DNA from: Bacilli bacterium
Lineage (GTDB): Bacteria; Bacillota_I; Bacilli_A; RF39; UBA660
Length of the DNA: 39,812 bases
NCBI GenBank assembly: GCA_035379765.1
Contig: DAOSVX010000001.1
Span: forward strand, 1-39,812
Reading direction: 5' to 3'
A program made the position numbers and the translations under genes. Below are positions 1 to 9,549 of this stretch, one piece after another. Every line of letters starts with the position of its first letter. The stretch's first letter is position 1. The notes below the pieces were generated by a model. That model was not told where the DNA came from, made no database searches, and saw only the letters and a program-made list of their open reading frames with translations.

Positions 1-948
1 AAAAATAATACTTAATATAAAATAAATTATTAAAATAAAACAAAGTATCAAAAATAATTTAACATTTAATTTATAAATAAAAAACATAGACAACGATGCT
101 AAAATAAAATCTAGAGAAAAAGTTATAAAAATTTTAGAAAAGAGATTTTTAATGTTATTTAACTCTCTTACTCTAGTAATTATTTCTCCAGTAGTTTTAG
201 TTTTAACATACGATAGAGGAAGGTAAAATAAATGTTTTAAAAAAGGTAACACCATTTTTTCATCAATATTTTTATTTAATTTATTTTCGCAATTTATTCT
301 TAAAAACTCAAAAACAATTTTTAAAAAAGTTATACTCAAAAATAAAAACGTAATACTTTTGAAATTAGTATCTAAATTATTTAAAATGATTTTAATATAA
401 AAACTAGAAATAATACTAAAAACCATTAATAAAAAACTAATTAATATTATTGATATTACTAATTTTTTTTCTTTTATAAGTAATTCCCAAAACAAGTTTA
501 TTATAGTAGCAGGTTTTTGATATTTTGGTATTTTACTTTTTGGAATCATAACTAATAAAACTTTAGTCCATATTAAGTTAAATTCTTCTATTGATAAAGT
601 CTTATAACCATACGCCGGATCCATTAACAAAACAGTTTTTTTAACTTTATCAATCTTATATATCACTACAAAATGAGTTAAATTATTTTTTAAAACAACA
701 TGGGCTATTACCGGTAATACTATGTTTTCATCTAAAATATTATCTATTTTATAACCATTAGCGTCAAAATTATATTTTCTTAAAGCTATAACTAAATGGT
801 AAGCTGTTGTTCCTTCAGTATTAGTAAAAGTATCTTTTCTGATAGTTTCCATAGGAACATAACCATTATAATATTTTAAAATTGATGATATACATGCTGC
901 TCCGCAGTCTTTAACATCCTCTTGTTTAGTAATATATTTTCTTTTCAT
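1..948 (-). CDS. Peptidase-C39-domain ABC exporter (bacteriocin/peptide-processing transporter), N-terminal part. The gene runs off the left window edge.
   Basis: Absent from the ORF track because it is open at the edge. My minus-strand translation from the ATG at 948-946 reads MKRKYITKQEDVKDCGAACISSILKYYNGYVPMETIRKDTFTNTEGTT... The DCGAAC...YYG context matches the catalytic-Cys region of double-glycine (C39) peptidase domains. It is followed by long hydrophobic stretches typical of an ABC membrane domain. Confidence 0.7.
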   Translation of the reverse strand, partial: MKRKYITKQEDVKDCGAACISSILKYYNGYVPMETIRKDTFTNTEGTTAYHLVIALRKYNFDANGYKIDNILDENIVLPVIAHVVLKNNLTHFVVIYKIDKVKKTVLLMDPAYGYKTLSIEEFNLIWTKVLLVMIPKSKIPKYQKPATIINLFWELLIKEKKLVISIILISFLLMVFSIISSFYIKIILNNLDTNFKSITFLFLSITFLKIVFEFLRINCENKLNKNIDEKMVLPFLKHLFYLPLSYVKTKTTGEIITRVRELNNIKNLFSKIFITFSLDFILASLSMFFIYKLNVKLFLILCFILIIYFILSIIF

Positions 949-1071
949 TTCTTATCCTTTCTCTACTTACATATACCCTTTTAATTATTTATTTCCTTTT
1001 ACAAAATAAAAAATACTTAGTAATTAAGTATTGAAATAAATAAACTAATATGCTAAAATATCTTTGTTCTT

Positions 1072-1150
1072 GGGGAATTAGCTCAGTTGGATTCAGAGCA
1101 TCTGCCTTGCACGCAGAGGGTCAAGGGTTCGAGTCCCTTATTCTCCACCA
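1072..1150 (+). tRNA. tRNA-Ala (anticodon UGC), CCA encoded
   Basis: The cloverleaf folds by eye. Acceptor GGGGAAT pairs with ATTCTCC and includes the G3:U70 Ala identity pair. D stem is GCTC/GAGC with an 11-nt D loop. Anticodon stem is TCTGC/GCAGA with loop CTTGCAC (anticodon TGC). T arm is AAGGG-TTCGAGT-CCCTT, followed by discriminator A and CCA. Confidence 0.9.
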
Positions 1151-1157
1151 ATGAATA

Positions 1158-1190
1158 TAAAAAGCAGTTTTTAAAACTGCTTTTTTTATT
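1158..1190. terminator. Bidirectional intrinsic terminator between tRNA-Ala and the convergent 251-aa gene
   Basis: The hairpin AAAGCAGTT/AACTGCTTT is flanked by an A-run on the left and a T-run on the right. Confidence 0.6.
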
Positions 1191-1209
1191 TTTACTAATA
1201 TTTTTTTGG

Positions 1210-1965
1210 TTAACCTTGATGGGAACTATGGCTTGATCCTGGTCTTCGCAATAAAGGCTGATAAGGATATTTTTTGGCTGAGCAATCAGGTTGAACAGTA
1301 ACTTCTGGTTCAACACTAGTATTAGCAACTAATTGATCTTTAAGGCTTTTTATTAATTCTCGAAGATTTGCTTCTCTATTTTCTAGCTCTATTATTTTGC
1401 TTTCTCTAAGTTGCCCTTCTTGAATCAATTGTTGTATATAAATATCAAGTTCCTCCATTTTAGCTCTTATAACTTGTAAACTTTTTTCGCGCAATTCTTT
1501 TATATCATGAAAATTTTGGAAAGAAATATATTCAGACATTGTTTTTCTTAATTCTGATTTATTCTTATAAGCTTTAACACCAAATAATGCTCCACCAACA
1601 ACTCCTGCAATTGGTCCGGTTACTGAAAAATATTTTGGTAAAACATCTATCATAGTTGCATAATAACTAGGAGTACCAATTGCTAAAGCATCTAATAACC
1701 ATAAAGCCACAGAAATGAATAAAACAATGATGGCTATAGAAATTGATTCAAGAGCAGCTTCCTTAAAAGCAAAATTATATCTAGCTATTTTATTACCATC
1801 TCTTTTTAATTGAGCTTTTTGAAACTCATAATCTTTGATTACTTCTTCATCTGCACTTTTTAACCTTAAAAGCCTGCTTCTTTCATTTTTTATTTTTTCT
1901 AATTCGGTTATTCGAGAAGCTATTTTCTTCTTATAAGCTTCTATTTCTGTTGATTCTTTTAACAT
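1210..1965 (-). CDS. Hypothetical coiled-coil membrane protein
   Basis: ORF track, 251 aa. Charged heptad-like N- and C-terminal segments flank two hydrophobic helices (ISIAIIVLFISVALWLL and GPIAGVVGGALFGV). I recognise no family. Confidence 0.55.
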   Translation of the reverse strand: MLKESTEIEAYKKKIASRITELEKIKNERSRLLRLKSADEEVIKDYEFQKAQLKRDGNKIARYNFAFKEAALESISIAIIVLFISVALWLLDALAIGTPSYYATMIDVLPKYFSVTGPIAGVVGGALFGVKAYKNKSELRKTMSEYISFQNFHDIKELREKSLQVIRAKMEELDIYIQQLIQEGQLRESKIIELENREANLRELIKSLKDQLVANTSVEPEVTVQPDCSAKKYPYQPLLRRPGSSHSSHQG

Positions 1966-2016
1966 AGTTACACTTCCTTTTAATAGTTATCTATTATAGC
2001 AAAAAGTTTAATAATG

Positions 2017-2976
2017 TCAACGACTACATTTTTTTATTTCCGCAAATAACCATTTATTTTCTTTACAAAATGGCATTCCCGCTGCTTTAGGATGACCTCC
2101 ACCAGTACTGCATAAGCTTTTAGCAATTAAGAAAACATTAACATCTGGTCTAACAGTCCGAAAAGAAAAACTTCGACGCTTTTCATCAACTATTAATATA
2201 TAATCTAATTCTGGATATTTCTTTGATAAAGCATTACCAACTTCACTACGATATTCTGTGGTAATTACTACTCCTACTTTCCTACCTTTAATATCCATTT
2301 TAATTAACTCTTCATCACACTTTTTAATATGATTAGCAATATATTCTTCGCGTACAGCTATCATATTCATTTCTTCTTTAGTAAATATATCACTACCAAG
2401 ACTTTTAAATAAACCAATAAATTTATTAATAAACTTTTCATGCCCAATTAAAGATAATAAAATCGTTATTTTTCTGCCTAATAAAAAATGTTTAGAAGGA
2501 TTATCACTTAGCCAATCTTCCTCAGATGTATCATTAGTTCTTACCGCATTTATATATACTTCTAATAACGGATTAGTTAGTATTTCATTACTAGGATAAA
2601 GCCCCAATAAATATTTATAAAATAAGCTGGCTGCCGATTCTTTTACACCATTAGTAGAAACTACTTCATTTATAAAACTATAATTTGAATTAATATCTGA
2701 TTCATGATGATCAAAATGTTTTATTTTAACCTTTAAACCTTTATTTTTGTCAATATATAAAGCAGCATTACTATTAATAGGTAAATCAGTAATATAAATA
2801 GTTTGATATTTACTAGGATCAATTTCTTTAAGCACTGGTAAAATCTCAATCGGTTCACAAAAAATAATATCAATATCCTTTTCCATTAATCTTGCTAAAA
2901 TAGCTGGAGACATTCCATCTATATCACTAGCATGAGAAATTATTAAATTCTTTCCACCAGAAATGATTTTTTCCAT
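2017..2976 (-). CDS. DHH/DHHA1-family phosphoesterase (NrnA-like)
   Basis: 319 aa, with the motifs SHASDIDG, HFDHHES (DHH) and a C-terminal GGGHPKAAG (DHHA1 GGGH). Confidence 0.8.
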   Translation of the reverse strand: MEKIISGGKNLIISHASDIDGMSPAILARLMEKDIDIIFCEPIEILPVLKEIDPSKYQTIYITDLPINSNAALYIDKNKGLKVKIKHFDHHESDINSNYSFINEVVSTNGVKESAASLFYKYLLGLYPSNEILTNPLLEVYINAVRTNDTSEEDWLSDNPSKHFLLGRKITILLSLIGHEKFINKFIGLFKSLGSDIFTKEEMNMIAVREEYIANHIKKCDEELIKMDIKGRKVGVVITTEYRSEVGNALSKKYPELDYILIVDEKRRSFSFRTVRPDVNVFLIAKSLCSTGGGHPKAAGMPFCKENKWLFAEIKKCSR

Positions 2977-3014
2977 CTATATCACCTATTTCATTATAGC
3001 AAATAAAAAGACTC

Positions 3015-3209
3015 TTAAACAATCTTAATGAGTCCTCTTTCTAATTCTTCCAGTGCTCTACCCAATTCTCTTTTATTTTTATATTCACTATCTTTTAATT
3101 GAAAATGTTTTTCTTGTAACATTTCTTTACTTCTTTTAGAAGCTACATAGACTAGAATATATTTTGAGTCAACTAAGTTTAGCAATTTATCAATTGATGG
3201 ATAAATCAT
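3015..3209 (-). CDS. rpoZ: DNA-directed RNA polymerase subunit omega
   Basis: MIYPSIDKLLNLVDSKYILVYVASKRSKEM matches the conserved RpoZ N-terminus of Firmicutes. I prefer the ATG at 3209 over the GTG at 3218 used by the ORF track, because AAGGA lies upstream of the ATG. Confidence 0.8.
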   Translation of the reverse strand: MIYPSIDKLLNLVDSKYILVYVASKRSKEMLQEKHFQLKDSEYKNKRELGRALEELERGLIKIV

Positions 3210-3283
3210 AACTCTCACGTCCTTACAATTATATTTTACTAAACTTTTTATAATTTATATTGATTTTACAAAAAAATATACAT

Positions 3284-5116
3284 TTATTTTACACAATTTC
3301 TTAAAGCATCTAAAATAACCACCATAGCCCAAGTATCTTGTTGACAATATTTTATTAAAGATTCTCTCCTTATTTCTAGTTCTTCTTTAGTTAAATGAGG
3401 ATAATTAGCATATTCAACTATCGCTTCAGTACCATTTTGGACATCTAAAGTTTTATAAGATAAATCACTAAAAACTGGTAAAGTCTTTTTTATTGAGTAA
3501 GATCCACTAAAGCGATAATCATAATAATTTAATCTTTTAGCTTCTTCTTCATCAAAACCTAAAGTCATATATATATCTTTTTTGGTTTTTAAAATATCTA
3601 TTAAATCAAACCCACGATCATATATTTTCATTAGATCTTTTTGATACTTAGGAAATATTTCTCCTAAACGTTTAATGCATTTCTTTTCAAAAGAAACATT
3701 TTGAGCAAATAAAGTACCTTTGCTGCCATCAATTAACTCTACTAATTTTTTAACTAACTCTTCTCTTTCGTCATTAAAACTATGAGCTAGAAAAACAAAG
3801 TTATCTTTTTCTTTATCACATTTACCTGGTTCATTTTCAATATGTAAGCTAAATTCAAATGGTGATTGTTCATAACACTTTTCTCCTTTAAATCTTGGTA
3901 TAGGGCAAGGAAATGTTTCAAAATCCAAATGATATATTGGGTATTTTAAAGATTCAATAACTACTTTTAATTTTTCTTTATTAATATATGGCTTTTTAGT
4001 TATTAAAGCATTTCTTTCTATATGATGATTAGGATTTCTAATCCAGCTTTCGGGTATATCTAGCATATTTATATAACCTTCATTAATTAAATTTAAACCT
4101 TGATGATAATCCCCTTTTTCGTCTTTAAAACCATGTTGATTATCAATATAATTTAAAGATGAATTATATTCTGGTATCATAGAACCACATATTTTCTTAA
4201 AATACTTACATTCTGTTGGTTTCTTATACTCACAATAACAACCTAAATTAACTTCTTTTAAATTATTTTCTTTTAGATAACTTTCTAATAATATTCTATC
4301 TTTATCAATAATTGGTAACATTTCTTTAGTTAATTTAGTCATATCCATAAAAGTAATTATTTCATTACCATTTAAATCTGTTTCATATTCGCTTTTTCCA
4401 TCATAGATATATTCATGATTTAAAACCGCTAGATAATAATTAAAATTAACTAACTTAGCTTCATTATGACTTTCTTTATATTCCCCTTCAATAATATATC
4501 TTTGAACACTTAAATCATAAACATATTTACCAATATCATATCTATCTAATAGTTTATTTCTTTTCTTAGTATATGTTTCTAACTCTTTATCAATAAAAGA
4601 ATAATTAACTTCATCTTTTAGATATAAAATATTATCTTTTTTAACAAACAAAGAATATGGTTCTTTATTAAAAGTACCAACTTCCAGATATTTTTTACTC
4701 GTAGTTGCTTTTACTTCTATAATATTAATGCTTTTTTCCGTTTCATTATAAACATCAACATAACAAAGATATTTAATACCATTTAAACTAAAATCAAAAC
4801 ACTCTTGATTAAAAGTATTAGAAGATGATACCACTTTACCACCAAAGGTCTTTAAAACAGATGCAGCAGCTAATTCTTCTACTTTAGAATAATATGGTAA
4901 CATAGCTTTTAATTGAGTATTTTCTACATCTATTAAATCCTCTTCATCTTCACTATACATCTTAGAAAATATTTCTTTTACTTTTTCTTCCTGTTCTTCT
5001 TTTAAATAATTCTCATACGAAATATCCGCATCTAAACGCTCTTTTTTAACTTCTTCTAATGCTATATATCTTCGGCATCTGGTATAATTAATAAAATTAG
5101 TTTTAGTTATTGCCAT
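3284..5116 (-). CDS. DUF2779-like protein (RecB/Cas4-like Cys-cluster region plus a DFET exonuclease-like motif)
   Basis: 610 aa. It has an N-terminal TKTNFINYTRCRRY, a Cys cluster CYCEYKKPTECKYFKKIC and the segment YHLDFETFPCPIPRF...SPFEFSLH, which I recall as characteristic of DUF2779. This is a family call from memory only. Confidence 0.55.
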   Translation of the reverse strand: MAITKTNFINYTRCRRYIALEEVKKERLDADISYENYLKEEQEEKVKEIFSKMYSEDEEDLIDVENTQLKAMLPYYSKVEELAAASVLKTFGGKVVSSSNTFNQECFDFSLNGIKYLCYVDVYNETEKSINIIEVKATTSKKYLEVGTFNKEPYSLFVKKDNILYLKDEVNYSFIDKELETYTKKRNKLLDRYDIGKYVYDLSVQRYIIEGEYKESHNEAKLVNFNYYLAVLNHEYIYDGKSEYETDLNGNEIITFMDMTKLTKEMLPIIDKDRILLESYLKENNLKEVNLGCYCEYKKPTECKYFKKICGSMIPEYNSSLNYIDNQHGFKDEKGDYHQGLNLINEGYINMLDIPESWIRNPNHHIERNALITKKPYINKEKLKVVIESLKYPIYHLDFETFPCPIPRFKGEKCYEQSPFEFSLHIENEPGKCDKEKDNFVFLAHSFNDEREELVKKLVELIDGSKGTLFAQNVSFEKKCIKRLGEIFPKYQKDLMKIYDRGFDLIDILKTKKDIYMTLGFDEEEAKRLNYYDYRFSGSYSIKKTLPVFSDLSYKTLDVQNGTEAIVEYANYPHLTKEELEIRRESLIKYCQQDTWAMVVILDALRNCVK

Positions 5117-5129
5117 ATAAAACCTCTAT

Positions 5130-6437
5130 CTAAAATGGCATTTTCATATTACCATTTTTCATTTGTTTCATCATTTTTTTCATTTCTTCAAATTGTTTTA
5201 GTAGTCTGTTTATCTCTTCGACACTTCTACCACTACCAGCTGCTATTCTTTTTTTTCTCGTAAAGTTTAAACAGTTAGGATTTTTTCTTTCGTAAGGAGT
5301 CATAGAAAGAATAATAGCTTCAATATGAAGTAATTGTTTAGGATCAACATTAATATTATTTAAGCCCATATTACGAGCTCCAGGTATTAATTTAAGCAAA
5401 TTTTCTAAAGGACCCATTTTTTTAATTTGTTTTAAATTAGTTAGAAAGTCTTCTAGATCATATTTACCTTTACGGATTTTTTTAGCTTGTTCTAAAGCTT
5501 CTTCTTTATCAATAACATCTTCTACTTTTGAAGCAATTGATAAAATATCACCCATACCCAAAATTCTTTCGGCCATTCTATCCGGATGAAATTCTGATAA
5601 GCCATCTAGTTTTTCCGAATCACCAACAAACTTAATTGGTACATTAGTTAAATGTCTTACTGATAGAGCTACACCACCTAAAGTATCACCATCTAATTTA
5701 GTTAAAATAGCTCCCGTTAGTTTTAGTTTTTCATTAAACCCATTTATAACATTTATAGCATCTTGACCCATCATCGCATCAATTACTAAAAGTATTTCAT
5801 TTGGTTTAGTTAATTCATTTATTTTTACTAATTCCGCCATTAGTTTATCATCAATATGCAGTCTTCCTGCTGTATCAATAATAATATAATCTTTATCATT
5901 TCCTTTGGCATAATCTAAAGAAGCTAAAGCTATTTCTTCAGGACTTTTATCCTTTAAAGTAAAAACATCGATATCAATTTCTTTACCAATAGTTTGTAAT
6001 TGATCTATAGCAGCTGGACGATATATATCACAAGCTACTAATAATGGTTTTTTATGATATTTTTTACGTAAATAATTAGCTAATTTACCAGCTGTCGTAG
6101 TTTTGCCAGAGCCTTGAAGACCAGCTAACATAATGATAGTTGGTTTTTTATTAGTTTCTAAAGGAGCATACTCTTTCCCTAGTAAGTCTACTAATTCATC
6201 TTTAACTAATTTCATAAATAGTTCTTCTGGTTTTAAACTTTTACTTACTTCTAAACCTAAAGCTTTTTCTTTAACATTATTAACAAATTCTTTAGCCACT
6301 TGATAATTTACATCAGCTTCTAATAAAGCTATTCTAATTTCTCTAATAGCATCACTTATATTATCTTCAGTTATTCTACCCATGCCTTTAATATTTTTAA
6401 AAGCCTTAGATAGTTTATCTCCCATTGCTTCAAACAT
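5130..6437 (-). CDS. ffh: Signal recognition particle protein Ffh
   Basis: 435 aa with GLQGSGKTTT, DTAGR and TKLDGD GTPase motifs, and a Met-rich C-terminal M domain. Confidence 0.95.
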   Translation of the reverse strand: MFEAMGDKLSKAFKNIKGMGRITEDNISDAIREIRIALLEADVNYQVAKEFVNNVKEKALGLEVSKSLKPEELFMKLVKDELVDLLGKEYAPLETNKKPTIIMLAGLQGSGKTTTAGKLANYLRKKYHKKPLLVACDIYRPAAIDQLQTIGKEIDIDVFTLKDKSPEEIALASLDYAKGNDKDYIIIDTAGRLHIDDKLMAELVKINELTKPNEILLVIDAMMGQDAINVINGFNEKLKLTGAILTKLDGDTLGGVALSVRHLTNVPIKFVGDSEKLDGLSEFHPDRMAERILGMGDILSIASKVEDVIDKEEALEQAKKIRKGKYDLEDFLTNLKQIKKMGPLENLLKLIPGARNMGLNNINVDPKQLLHIEAIILSMTPYERKNPNCLNFTRKKRIAAGSGRSVEEINRLLKQFEEMKKMMKQMKNGNMKMPF

Positions 6438-6447
6438 TATTTATCAC

Positions 6448-6732
6448 CTACAATATTTCATTTATTTTTTCTAATAAGGATTCATCTTTAACAAGGTCAT
6501 TAATCTTATTTTTCTTTTTATATAATTTTAGTTTACTTTCGTAATCTGCCAATTTATCATTAATATTTTTAAGTCTTTTAAAAATGGCATTACGACTTAT
6601 TTGATTATTTAAAGCAATTTCTTGTAAACTTAAATCATTAAAATAGTAATCTTCAAAATCATTTTGTTCTTTAGAAGTTAATAAACTTTTATATAAATCA
6701 TATAAATCAATTAAATATATATTTGTTTTCAT
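6448..6732 (-). CDS. ylxM: YlxM/UPF0122 helix-turn-helix protein of the SRP operon
   Basis: 94 aa. LLTSKEQNDFEDYYFNDLSLQEIA is a sigma-70 region-4-like HTH. It sits in the conserved position between ftsY and ffh. Confidence 0.8.
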   Translation of the reverse strand: MKTNIYLIDLYDLYKSLLTSKEQNDFEDYYFNDLSLQEIALNNQISRNAIFKRLKNINDKLADYESKLKLYKKKNKINDLVKDESLLEKINEIL

Positions 6733-7710
6733 CTACATCATATCCTTAAATAAACCATATATATAGTTTTCTATATCAAATGGTTTTAAATCAGTCATTT
6801 TTTCTCCTAAACCAATAAACTTTACAGGTATATTAGTTTCTTCTTTTATAGCTAGGACTATACCACCTTTAGCAGTACCATCTAATTTAGTTAATACTAT
6901 TCCCGTTATATTAGTTATTTCTTTAAAAGAGATAGCTTGTTTTATACCATTTTGACCAGTAGTGGCATCTATTACTAAAAGGGTTTCTTCTGGAGCATTA
7001 GGAATAATAGTTCCAATTACTTTATTAATTTTTTCTAATTCTTTCATTAAATTAGCTTTATTTTGGAGTCTTCCGGCTGTATCAATTAAAACTATATCTA
7101 CTTTTTCTTTGACGGCTTCTTTTAATCCATCAAATATTAATCCCGCTGGATCACTATTTTCTTTACCAAAGAATAAACTTTTAGTTTTATCAGCCCAGAT
7201 CTTTAATTGCTCAGTAGCTCCAGCTCTAAAAGTGTCCCCTGCAATCATCATTACTTTTTTACCAGCACTCGTGTATTTATAAGCTAATTTACCTATAGTA
7301 GTAGTCTTACCTACTCCATTAACTCCAACCATTAATATTACCGTTGGACCATTTTCATTCATTTTAATTTTATCAGATAAAGATTCATTATTAACATAGA
7401 TAATAAATAGTTCATCAACAATTACTTCTTTTAATTCTTCGGGATTATCTATTTTTTCTTGTTTTACTCTTATTTTTAACTTTTCAATAAAATTCATAAC
7501 AGTTTTAACACCAATATCAGCCATAATCAAAATATCTTCTAGTTCTTCAAAGTATTCATCATTAACTTTAGTATATTTAATACCTAAAACATTTAATTTA
7601 GAAACAAATTCTTCCCTAGTTTTTTCTAAACCTTCTTCATAAACTTTTAAGTCTTCATTATTTTGATTAGATTTTTTTAAGATGTTTTTTAATTTATCAA
7701 AAATACCCAT
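6733..7710 (-). CDS. ftsY: Signal recognition particle receptor FtsY
   Basis: 325 aa with GVNGVGKTTT, DTAGR and TKLDGTAKGG motifs. Confidence 0.95.
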   Translation of the reverse strand: MGIFDKLKNILKKSNQNNEDLKVYEEGLEKTREEFVSKLNVLGIKYTKVNDEYFEELEDILIMADIGVKTVMNFIEKLKIRVKQEKIDNPEELKEVIVDELFIIYVNNESLSDKIKMNENGPTVILMVGVNGVGKTTTIGKLAYKYTSAGKKVMMIAGDTFRAGATEQLKIWADKTKSLFFGKENSDPAGLIFDGLKEAVKEKVDIVLIDTAGRLQNKANLMKELEKINKVIGTIIPNAPEETLLVIDATTGQNGIKQAISFKEITNITGIVLTKLDGTAKGGIVLAIKEETNIPVKFIGLGEKMTDLKPFDIENYIYGLFKDMM

Positions 7711-7835
7711 ATAATCACCTCTTAAATTATAACAATTTTAAACTTTTTTAACAACTGAATAGACTTTTTTTTATAAATGTAGTATAATCACTTTAGTTTT
7801 AAACTTTTAATTTGTAACAAGAAAAGAGGAATTTT

Positions 7836-9512
7836 ATGAAATTTACAAATGATACGACTTCTGTCGTTGCTTTAGGTGGTTTAGGCGAAGTCGGAAAAAA
7901 CATGTATTTAGTATGTCATAATGATGAAATAATAATTATTGATGCGGGAGTTATGTTCCCTGAAGATAGTTTATTAGGAATTGATTATGTTATTCAAGAT
8001 ATTAGTTTTTTAAAACAAAATGAAAAAAAAATAAAATGTTTAATTATTACTCATGGTCATGAAGATCATATTGGTGGTATACCATTTTTATTACAAAGTG
8101 TTAATATACCTAAAATATATGCTTCTAAAATAGCTACTGATTTAATTACTAAAAAATTAGTAGAACGTAATATTAATTATAATAATATGGAAATACTTGA
8201 TAAGAATACAATAATTAAAACTAGAAGATTTAGAATTAGTACAGTTATAATGACTCACTCTATTCCAGATGCTTTTGGGCTTATTATTGAAACACCTCAA
8301 GGAACTATTGTGGAAACCGGAGATTTCAAATTTGATTTAACTCCTGTTGGACCAATGGCTGAACTAGATAAGTTAGTTGAAGCTTCTAAAAGAGGCGTTA
8401 AACTTTTAATGAGTGATTCTACTAATGCTTTAGTTCCCGGTTTTTCTAAGAGTGAAAGCATTGTTGATACAGCTTTAAATGATATCTTTGCTAAACATTT
8501 AGGAAGAATTATTATTGCTACTTTCGCTTCTAATATCTATCGTTTACAACATATAATTGAAACCTGTAAGAAAAACAATCGAAAAATAGTTACCTTTGGG
8601 CGTAGTATGGAAAATGCAATTAATATCGCTATTAAAAATAATTTAATAACTGATGAATCAATATTTATTGATATAAATACTGCTAACAATTTAAAAAAGA
8701 ATGAAGTGTGTATATTATGTACCGGTAGTCAAGGAGAACCTTTAGCAGCTTTATCAAGAATTGCTAACGGGACTTTTAAACAGATTAATTTGTTAGATGA
8801 TGATTTAGTTATCTTTTCATCTAGTCCAATACCTGGTAATGCTCATTCTATTAATAGAATTATTAATAAATTGTACTTAAAAGGTGTTCAAGTATACACC
8901 AATGAAAGTCAAAGTGATATTCATACTTCAGGGCATGCTAAGATGGAAGACTTAAAATTGATGTTAAGATTAGTTAAACCTGAGTATTTTATGCCTATGC
9001 ATGGTGAATATAGAATGTTAAAACAACATGCTGATTTGGCAGTATTATGTGATGTGCCAAGAGATCATACTTTTATTTTAAAAAATGGTGATGTTTTAAC
9101 TTTAACTAAAGATAAAGTAGAACAAACAGGTTCTGTCCAAGCTGGTGATGTTTATGTTGATGGATCTAGAGTTGGTGATGTCGGTAGTGCTGTTATAAAA
9201 GATCGTAAATTAATGAGTCGAGATGGTATTTTAGTAACTATTTTAAATATTGATCCTATTAGAAGAAAATTAATAATTAAACCAAATATTACGACAAGAG
9301 GATTTATCCTAGTTAATGAAAATGCTGAACTAATTAAAAAGATCGAAGATAAAGTAACAGAAATAGTTAATAAGGCTTTAGATAATAAATCTTATAACTT
9401 TGTGGATTTAAAAAACCAAATTATTTTAGAATTACTGCCTTTCTTAAATGAATTAACTGGTAGGAGACCAATTGTTCTTCCCGTTATTATGGAAGTAAAA
9501 GAAAGCAACTAA
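7836..9512 (+). CDS. rnj: Ribonuclease J
   Basis: 558 aa with the metallo-beta-lactamase motif THGHEDHIGG, beta-CASP architecture and a typical RNase J length. Confidence 0.9.
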   Translation: MKFTNDTTSVVALGGLGEVGKNMYLVCHNDEIIIIDAGVMFPEDSLLGIDYVIQDISFLKQNEKKIKCLIITHGHEDHIGGIPFLLQSVNIPKIYASKIATDLITKKLVERNINYNNMEILDKNTIIKTRRFRISTVIMTHSIPDAFGLIIETPQGTIVETGDFKFDLTPVGPMAELDKLVEASKRGVKLLMSDSTNALVPGFSKSESIVDTALNDIFAKHLGRIIIATFASNIYRLQHIIETCKKNNRKIVTFGRSMENAINIAIKNNLITDESIFIDINTANNLKKNEVCILCTGSQGEPLAALSRIANGTFKQINLLDDDLVIFSSSPIPGNAHSINRIINKLYLKGVQVYTNESQSDIHTSGHAKMEDLKLMLRLVKPEYFMPMHGEYRMLKQHADLAVLCDVPRDHTFILKNGDVLTLTKDKVEQTGSVQAGDVYVDGSRVGDVGSAVIKDRKLMSRDGILVTILNIDPIRRKLIIKPNITTRGFILVNENAELIKKIEDKVTEIVNKALDNKSYNFVDLKNQIILELLPFLNELTGRRPIVLPVIMEVKESN

Positions 9513-9549
9513 AAAGGATATTAAATAAAAATATCCTTTTTGTTTTTTT
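9512..9549. terminator. Bidirectional intrinsic terminator between rnj (+) and the DGR RT gene (-)
   Basis: A perfect 10-bp stem AAAAGGATAT / ATATCCTTTT (9512-9521 / 9531-9540) is followed by a T-run. Confidence 0.6.

Noticed and set aside
1083-1328. An 81-aa minus-strand ORF overlaps tRNA-Ala and the terminator
   Set aside because: It is antisense to a well-folded tRNA and spans a terminator hairpin, so it is a spurious ORF of AT-rich DNA.
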